This document shows positions 17,063 to 23,108 of a DNA stretch of 23,108 bases, piece after piece. Position 1 is the stretch's first letter; every line of letters starts with the position of its first letter. The notes under the pieces were generated by a model. That model was not told the DNA's origin. It ran no database searches and was given only the letters and a program-made list of their open reading frames with translations. The stretch lies in NCBI GenBank assembly GCA_037381445.1, contig JARRQT010000089.1, positions 1 to 23,108 of the forward strand, read 5' to 3'. This DNA comes from Calditrichia bacterium (lineage in GTDB: Bacteria; Calditrichota; Calditrichia; RBG-13-44-9). The translations under genes were made by a program, and so were the position numbers.

Positions 17063-19069
17063 ATGAACCCCTTTTTTAAGAATCTGATACCGCAGGATAA
17101 AAAATCAAAGTATGTCTGGTTCGGCGCCATTTTTCTGGCATTTCTGATTGGGACCTGGCTTAGCGGCGGCACGGAAATCACCGATGCCCATCCCGCAGCG
17201 GGAACGGACATTCAGGCCGCTCAGGCGACCGTTTGGACCTGTTCAATGCACCCGCAGGTCCGCCAGCCCAAACCCGGAAAATGTCCCATCTGCGGAATGG
17301 ACCTCATACCGGTGAAAAACAACGACAGCAGCAATTCCAATTCGGCACAACTGATCCTGTCCGAAAATGCCCGGAAACTGGCGGAAGTCGAGACGGTTCC
17401 GGTGGAGCGCAAATTTGTAGCCAACGAAATCCGCATGCTGGGTAAAATTAGTTATGACGAGACCCGGCTGGATTATATCACGGCCCGGGTGCCGGGACGC
17501 ATTGACCGCCTGTTTGTGAATTATACCGGAATATCCGTTCATAAAGGTGACCATATGGCGGAAATCTACAGCCCTGAATTGCTTTCCACCCAGCAGGAAT
17601 TGCTGGAATCCGTCAGGAATCTGAATGCCATGCAGAATAACAGTTTTGCGGGAATGAAGGAGACGGCCCGCCGCCAGGTGGAATCGGTGCGGGAACGGCT
17701 GCGCCTGTGGGGACTCACAGAGCGCCAGATTGACAATATCATCAAACGCGGAAAAACTTCCGACCACATGACGCTTTATTCACCCGCCAGCGGGGTGGTG
17801 GTCAAAATGGATGCTCTGGAAGGCACCTATGTGCAGACCGGCACTCGCATCTACGCCATTGCCGACCTTTTGAAAGTTTGGGTGCAGTTGGATGCGTACG
17901 AGCAGGATCTGCCCTGGCTGCGCTACGGCGAAACTGTGGAGTTTCACACCGAAGCGTATCCCGATGAAATTTTCAAAGGCAGGATTGCTTTTATCGATCC
18001 GGTGGTTGATTCTCAGACCCGCTCGGTAAAGCTGCGGGTCAACCTCGACAATAAAGACGGTAAGCTGAAACCGGGCATGTTTGTGCATGGACTGGTTAGC
18101 TCGCGTCTGGCCGCCAACGGCAAAGTGATAGACCCTGATCTGGCGGGAAAATGGATTGGGCCCATGCACCCTGAAATTATCAAGGACCATCCCGGAAAAT
18201 GCGATGTGTGCGGCATGCCGCTGGTGAGGGCGGAGGACCTGGGATATGCGGCCGCGGATGAATCCCTCGGCGATGCGCCACTGGTTATTTCGGCTTCGGC
18301 CCCGCTTATTACCGGGAAAAGGGCGGTGGTTTATGTGGCGGTCCCCGGAAAGGACGGAATCTACGAAGGCCGCGAAGTACAGCTTGGCCCCAGAACCGGC
18401 GATTATTATATCGTAAAATCCGGTCTGAAAGAAGGCGACCAGGTAGTGGTAAAGGGTAATTTCAAAATCGACAGCGCCATCCAGATACAGGCGGGCCCGA
18501 GCATGATGAATCCCCCGGCGGATTCCATGGCAGTCGCTCAGCAGCCGGCAAAAAAACAGGCCGGCAACGCGGAAGCCGCAGCGGTCCCGCAGGCCTTCAA
18601 AAAACAGCTCGATATGCTTTATGCCTCCTACTTTGATGTGCAGTACGCCCTGAGTCATGACAATCTGGCTGATGCGAGGAAAAAAGCGGGCGAAGTGCTG
18701 CAGTCCCTGAAAAAGGTGAACATGGAACTGCTGCAGGGCGATTCCCACATGCAGTGGATGAAATCTGTGAAGCAGATCAAAGCTTCCGCATCGGGAATCA
18801 ACGGAGCTGCCGACATGGATGCGGCCCGCAAAGCGTTTGATCCGCTGTCCCAAACAATGATTGCGGTGGGCAAGACCTTTGGCAGCGGCTTGGAACCGCT
18901 GCTGGTTTATCACTGTCCCATGGCCTTTAACAACCGCGGGGCAGACTGGCTGCAGAACAAGAAGGGCACCGAGAATCCCTATTTTGGCAGCGCGATGTTT
19001 ACCTGCGGAGATCTGACCGCCGATCTGACGGCTGCCAAAAAGAATGCGGGAGGAAGGGGCAATGAGTAA
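17063..19069 (+). CDS. cusB: CusB-type RND periplasmic adaptor with two heavy-metal-binding domains and a C-terminal DUF3347-like domain
   Basis: WTCSMHP..PGKCPICGMDL, GRIDRL, YSPELLSTQQE, TRSVKLR, LKPGMF, WIGPMHP..PGKCDVCGM, and C-terminal YHCPMA..WLQ..NPYFGSAMFTCG. Confidence 0.9.
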   Translation: MNPFFKNLIPQDKKSKYVWFGAIFLAFLIGTWLSGGTEITDAHPAAGTDIQAAQATVWTCSMHPQVRQPKPGKCPICGMDLIPVKNNDSSNSNSAQLILSENARKLAEVETVPVERKFVANEIRMLGKISYDETRLDYITARVPGRIDRLFVNYTGISVHKGDHMAEIYSPELLSTQQELLESVRNLNAMQNNSFAGMKETARRQVESVRERLRLWGLTERQIDNIIKRGKTSDHMTLYSPASGVVVKMDALEGTYVQTGTRIYAIADLLKVWVQLDAYEQDLPWLRYGETVEFHTEAYPDEIFKGRIAFIDPVVDSQTRSVKLRVNLDNKDGKLKPGMFVHGLVSSRLAANGKVIDPDLAGKWIGPMHPEIIKDHPGKCDVCGMPLVRAEDLGYAAADESLGDAPLVISASAPLITGKRAVVYVAVPGKDGIYEGREVQLGPRTGDYYIVKSGLKEGDQVVVKGNFKIDSAIQIQAGPSMMNPPADSMAVAQQPAKKQAGNAEAAAVPQAFKKQLDMLYASYFDVQYALSHDNLADARKKAGEVLQSLKKVNMELLQGDSHMQWMKSVKQIKASASGINGAADMDAARKAFDPLSQTMIAVGKTFGSGLEPLLVYHCPMAFNNRGADWLQNKKGTENPYFGSAMFTCGDLTADLTAAKKNAGGRGNE

Positions 19070-22000
19070 CGGCGCGGGAAAAATGTCATGGATCGATCAT
19101 ATCATCCGGTTCTGCCTGGAAAACAAGCTGGTCATTACCCTGGCGCTGGTCTTCATCATGGTGTGGGGAATGCTGGTGGCACCCTTCGACTGGCACCTGG
19201 CGGGACTGCCCCGCGATCCGGTGCCGATGGACGCCATCCCGGATATAGGCGAAAACCAGCAGATTGTTTTCACCAATTGGCCGGGCCGTTCTCCCCAGGA
19301 TGTGGAAGATCAGATCACCTATCCGCTGACGGTGGCGCTGCTGGGAATGCCGGAAGTCAAGACGGTGCGCAGCTACTCCATGTTCGGATTCTCGACCATC
19401 TACATCATTTTCAAAGAGAAGGCGAACTATTACTGGTCCCGCTCCCGGGTGCTGGAAAAACTGAACAGCCTGCCCCAGGGAGCGCTGCCCGCCGGCGTGC
19501 AGCCTACCCTGGGCCCGGATGCCACCGCGCTGGGGCAGGTATTCTGGTATACGCTGGAGGGCCGCGACAAAAACGGAAAGCCCACCGGCGGCTGGGACCT
19601 GCAGGAGTTGCGCAGCATTCAGGACTGGTATGTGCGCTACAGCCTCATGTCCGCCGAAGGCGTGAGCGAAGTGGCTTCTGTGGGCGGGTATGTGCAGGAA
19701 TACCAGATCGATGTGGACCCGGATGCCATGCGCGCCTATCATGTGAAGCTGGATGAAGTGGTTTCCGCGGTAAAATCTTCCAACCTGGATGTGGGCGCCC
19801 GCAGCATCGAGGTGAACAAGGTGGAATATGTAGTCCGCGGCATCGGCTTCGTGAAGAAGCTGCAGGACCTGGAAGATGCGGTGATCAAGGTGAACGATAA
19901 TGTGCCTGTTTATGTCAGGAATGTGGCGCATGTGACGCTGGGGCCGGCCCTGCGGCGCGGCGCGCTGGACAAAGCCGGCGCCGAGGTAGTCGGCGGCGTG
20001 GTGGTGGTCCGTTACGGAGAAAATCCCCTGCAGGTCATCAAAAATGTGAAAAAGAAAATTGCCGAGATTTCCGCCGGCCTGCCCAGAAAGACCCTGGCAA
20101 ACGGAACCGTCAGCCAGGTGAAAATCGTTCCCTTTTACGACCGCACCAGCCTGATCTACGAAACGCTGGGCACTCTGAACACGGCCTTATACCAGGAAAT
20201 CATGGTCACTATCATTGTGATTCTGGTGATGGTTATGCACTTCCGCAGCAGTATTCTCATTTCCGGACTGCTGCCGGTGGCGGTGCTGATGACCTTCATC
20301 GCCATGAAAATTTTCCATGTGGATTCCAATATTGTTTCGCTGTCGGGAATCGCCATTGCCATCGGGACCATGGTGGATATGGGGATTATCATCAGCGAGA
20401 ATATTCTGCGCCATTTGGATGAAGCCGATCCCGGGGAGCCGCGCCTGGAAGTGATTTACCGGGCGGCCAGCGAAGTGGGCGGCGCGGTGCTGACCGCCGT
20501 TTCCACCACTGTGGTCAGTTTTCTGCCGGTGTTCACCATGCAGGCCGCCGAAGGAAAGCTGTTCAAACCGCTGGCCTTTACCAAAACTTTTGCCCTGGCG
20601 GCGTCCGTGATTGTGGCTATCACGCTCATTCCCCCTTTCGCGCAGATTATATTCACGGGGAAGATAAGAAGCGAAAAAATCCGCCGCGGTGCAAACATGG
20701 CGCTGATTGCAGCCGGAGCGGCCGCTATGTTCCTGATCGCCTGGTGGGTGGGACTGCTGCTGATTTTTCTGGGCGCCTGGCACCTCTGGCGGCCGCGCTT
20801 ACTGCCCAAAACAGACAAGAAATGGCTGCCTTACGTTACTAACGGATTCGCTATTTTGCTGGTGATTATTCTGCTGGCAAACAACTGGCTGCCCTTGGGG
20901 CCGGAAAAAGGCACGTTCCTGAACATACTGTTTGTGGGCACCCTGATCGGCGGCTTCCTGCTGCTCTTTTTCCTGTTCCGGAAATACTACGGCACTATCC
21001 TGCGCTGGGCGCTGGACCACAAAGTCAGATTTCTGGCTATTCCTTCCACTATTCTTGTGCTGGGTCTTTTTGTGTGGCTGGGCTTCAACACCTTTTTCGG
21101 CTGGCTGCCGACGCCGGTCCGCACCTTTGCGCCGGTTTCCTACGTGGCCCACAAATTCCCCGGCCTGGGCAAGGAATTCATGCCGCCGCTGGATGAGGGT
21201 TCTTACCTGTTCATGCCAACTACCATGCCGCACGCTTCCATCGGTGAGGTGCTGGACGTCCTGAAAAAGCAGGATATGGCAACCAGCGCCATTCCGGAGA
21301 TTTCCACCGCAGTGGGAAAACTGGGACGCGCCGATTCACCCCTGGACCCTGCGCCGTTGTCCATGATCGAGACCATCATCAATTATAAATCCCGGTATAT
21401 GAGCAGCAAAGCGGGCCGGATGCTTACCTACAGGTTTGATGCGGACAGCGTGGATTTTTTCCGGGACGCGGACGGGAATCCCCTGCCGGCTCCCGACGGA
21501 AAGCCGTACCTGGTCAAGGGGGCGTTTATCCGTGATTCAAACAATCGTCTGATCCCCCAATCCGGCGGGCAGCCTTTCCGCCTGTGGCGGGCGCCGCTGG
21601 ATCCCGAACTGAATCCGGGAAGGGAGGCGTGGGATGGCATTAACAGTCCCAAGGATATCTGGGATGAGATCATTGCGGCAGCGGACATACCCGGCACCAC
21701 CTCCGCGCCCGTCCTCCAGGCCATCTCGGCGCGTATCGTGATGCTGCAGAGCGGCATGCGCGCCCCCATGGGCGTGAAGGTGAAAGGCCCGGACCTGGAA
21801 ACCATAGAGAAAACCGGGCTGGAGATCGAGCACTTTCTGAAACAGGTGCCCTCCATCCAGGCCAATACGGTATTTGCCGACCGCATTGTGGGCAAACCGT
21901 ATCTGGAAATCGAAGTGGACCGCCAGGAAATCGCCCGTTACGGGATCAAATTGAAGCAGGTGATGGATGTGATCGAAGTGGCCATCGGCGGGAAGCAGAT

Positions 22001-22976
22001 CACCACCACCGTGGAAGGACGGGAGCGTTACCCGGTGCGCATCCGCTACATGCGGGAACTGCGGGATAATATCGAATCCCTGAATAATATTCTGGTGCCG
22101 GCGCCCGGCGGCGCGCAGATCCCTCTGATGCAGCTTGCCAAAATCGAATATACCCGCGGACCGCAGATGATCAAGAGCGAGGATACCTTCCTGGTGGGGT
22201 ATGTCATTTTCGACATGAAGCCGGGGAACGCGGAGGTGGACGTGGTGAACCAGGCCCGCAATTACCTGCAGCAGAAAATGGACAGCGGCGAATTCAACCT
22301 GCCCGCCGGAGTCAGCTATACTTTCGCAGGAAGCTACGAAAATCAGGTACGGGCGCAAAAACGACTGGCTGTCATTCTGCCGCTGGCCCTGTTTATCATT
22401 TTTATGATTCTCTATTTCCAGTTCAGATCAGTCTCCACCACGGCGCTGGTGTTTTCCTGGATCGCGGTGGCCTGGGCGGGCGGTTTTATCATGATCTGGC
22501 TCTACGGTCAGCCCTGGTTTCTGAACTTCAGCCTGTTCGGCGCCAACCTTCACGAACTGTTCCGCATCCATCCGCTGAACCTGAGCGTGGCGGTCTGGGT
22601 CGGATTTCTGGCGCTGTTCGGCATCGCCACCGACGACGGGGTGGTCATTGCCACCTACCTGGACCAGAGTTTTGCCAAACACGAGCCGGAAACAGTGGAT
22701 GAAATCCGCAAGGCGACGGTAGTGGCCGGTCTGCGACGGGTGCGTCCCGCGCTGATGACCACTGCCACAACTATTCTGGCGCTGATCCCGGTGCTGACCG
22801 CCACCGGACGGGGAGCGGATATCATGGTCCCCATGGCCATCCCTTCCTTTGGCGGAATGGTCTTTGCGATGATCACCATGTTCGTGGTGCCGGTGCTGTA
22901 TGCTGCTGTCAAAGAGCAGCGACTGAAAATTGCCGGAAAACCAGCGACTTCGGAATCGAGCAGTGGCAAAAGTTGA
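19062..22976 (+). CDS. cusA: CusA/SilA-type heavy-metal RND permease (long form, about 1304 aa)
   Basis: DAIPDIGENQ, WPGRSPQDVEDQITYPL, LGPDATALGQV, IAIAIGTMVD, EGKLFKPLAFTKT, EFMPPLDEG, RVRPALMT. The three Cu-binding Met equivalents are present. ATG 19062 overlaps the end of cusB. Confidence 0.95.
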   Translation: MSNGAGKMSWIDHIIRFCLENKLVITLALVFIMVWGMLVAPFDWHLAGLPRDPVPMDAIPDIGENQQIVFTNWPGRSPQDVEDQITYPLTVALLGMPEVKTVRSYSMFGFSTIYIIFKEKANYYWSRSRVLEKLNSLPQGALPAGVQPTLGPDATALGQVFWYTLEGRDKNGKPTGGWDLQELRSIQDWYVRYSLMSAEGVSEVASVGGYVQEYQIDVDPDAMRAYHVKLDEVVSAVKSSNLDVGARSIEVNKVEYVVRGIGFVKKLQDLEDAVIKVNDNVPVYVRNVAHVTLGPALRRGALDKAGAEVVGGVVVVRYGENPLQVIKNVKKKIAEISAGLPRKTLANGTVSQVKIVPFYDRTSLIYETLGTLNTALYQEIMVTIIVILVMVMHFRSSILISGLLPVAVLMTFIAMKIFHVDSNIVSLSGIAIAIGTMVDMGIIISENILRHLDEADPGEPRLEVIYRAASEVGGAVLTAVSTTVVSFLPVFTMQAAEGKLFKPLAFTKTFALAASVIVAITLIPPFAQIIFTGKIRSEKIRRGANMALIAAGAAAMFLIAWWVGLLLIFLGAWHLWRPRLLPKTDKKWLPYVTNGFAILLVIILLANNWLPLGPEKGTFLNILFVGTLIGGFLLLFFLFRKYYGTILRWALDHKVRFLAIPSTILVLGLFVWLGFNTFFGWLPTPVRTFAPVSYVAHKFPGLGKEFMPPLDEGSYLFMPTTMPHASIGEVLDVLKKQDMATSAIPEISTAVGKLGRADSPLDPAPLSMIETIINYKSRYMSSKAGRMLTYRFDADSVDFFRDADGNPLPAPDGKPYLVKGAFIRDSNNRLIPQSGGQPFRLWRAPLDPELNPGREAWDGINSPKDIWDEIIAAADIPGTTSAPVLQAISARIVMLQSGMRAPMGVKVKGPDLETIEKTGLEIEHFLKQVPSIQANTVFADRIVGKPYLEIEVDRQEIARYGIKLKQVMDVIEVAIGGKQITTTVEGRERYPVRIRYMRELRDNIESLNNILVPAPGGAQIPLMQLAKIEYTRGPQMIKSEDTFLVGYVIFDMKPGNAEVDVVNQARNYLQQKMDSGEFNLPAGVSYTFAGSYENQVRAQKRLAVILPLALFIIFMILYFQFRSVSTTALVFSWIAVAWAGGFIMIWLYGQPWFLNFSLFGANLHELFRIHPLNLSVAVWVGFLALFGIATDDGVVIATYLDQSFAKHEPETVDEIRKATVVAGLRRVRPALMTTATTILALIPVLTATGRGADIMVPMAIPSFGGMVFAMITMFVVPVLYAAVKEQRLKIAGKPATSESSSGKS

Positions 22977-23060
22977 TTCACTTTCTAAATGGGCCGGCGG
23001 GGAAATATTCGGAATTAGAGGCGGATTTTGTATATTAACGGAAAAAGGAAATTTCATCCC

Positions 23061-23108
23061 ATGAGAAGAAAAACGCTGCTTTTGGCCGGAATTCTGCTTC
23101 TTGGATGG
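23061..23108 (+). CDS. 5' end of a secreted protein (truncated by the window end)
   Basis: AAAGGA upstream and a signal-peptide-like start, MRRKTLLLAGILLLGW. Confidence 0.55.
   Translation, partial: MRRKTLLLAGILLLGW

Noticed and set aside
16112..23057. Many antisense and off-frame ORFs within the tolC-cusB-cusA genes
   Set aside because: Expected shadows of GC-rich coding sequence with no motifs.
15242..23108. cus operon as a mobile island (cusA looks GC-richer by eye)
   Set aside because: No integrase, transposase, tRNA or flanking repeat is visible, and composition was not computed.
1..23108. CRISPR arrays, tRNA/rRNA genes, T-box or SAM leader for metG
   Set aside because: No spaced repeats or RNA gene signatures were seen, and metG has only a 27-nt spacer upstream.

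Overview
A 23.1 kb bacterial chromosomal window, probably from a diderm FCB-type lineage (inferred only from protein family style). The left part is housekeeping: the 3' end of nnr, an mltF-type lytic transglycosylase, an orphan exbD, and holB-PSP1(ricT)-metG. The middle holds two envelope proteins, a 66-aa orphan, ldh, an HD hydrolase, convergent kbl and tdh-like genes, a DUF4870 protein and a metallophosphoesterase. The right part is a Cu/Ag RND efflux operon (small His/Cys/Met membrane protein, TolC/CusC, CusB, long CusA) that continues off the window. Four hidden features stand out. (1) mltF is split at its domain boundary by a 5-bp tandem duplication (TGAAA x2) that creates an ATGA stop/start overlap. 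(2) ldh has two frameshifts, with its catalytic GEHGDS segment in an unlisted frame. (3) Two candidate sigma54 promoters have phased upstream palindromes, one ahead of the cus operon and one ahead of the 66-aa orphan. (4) The Tdh-like enzyme has a large insertion. No CRISPR array, tRNA, rRNA or transposase was seen.
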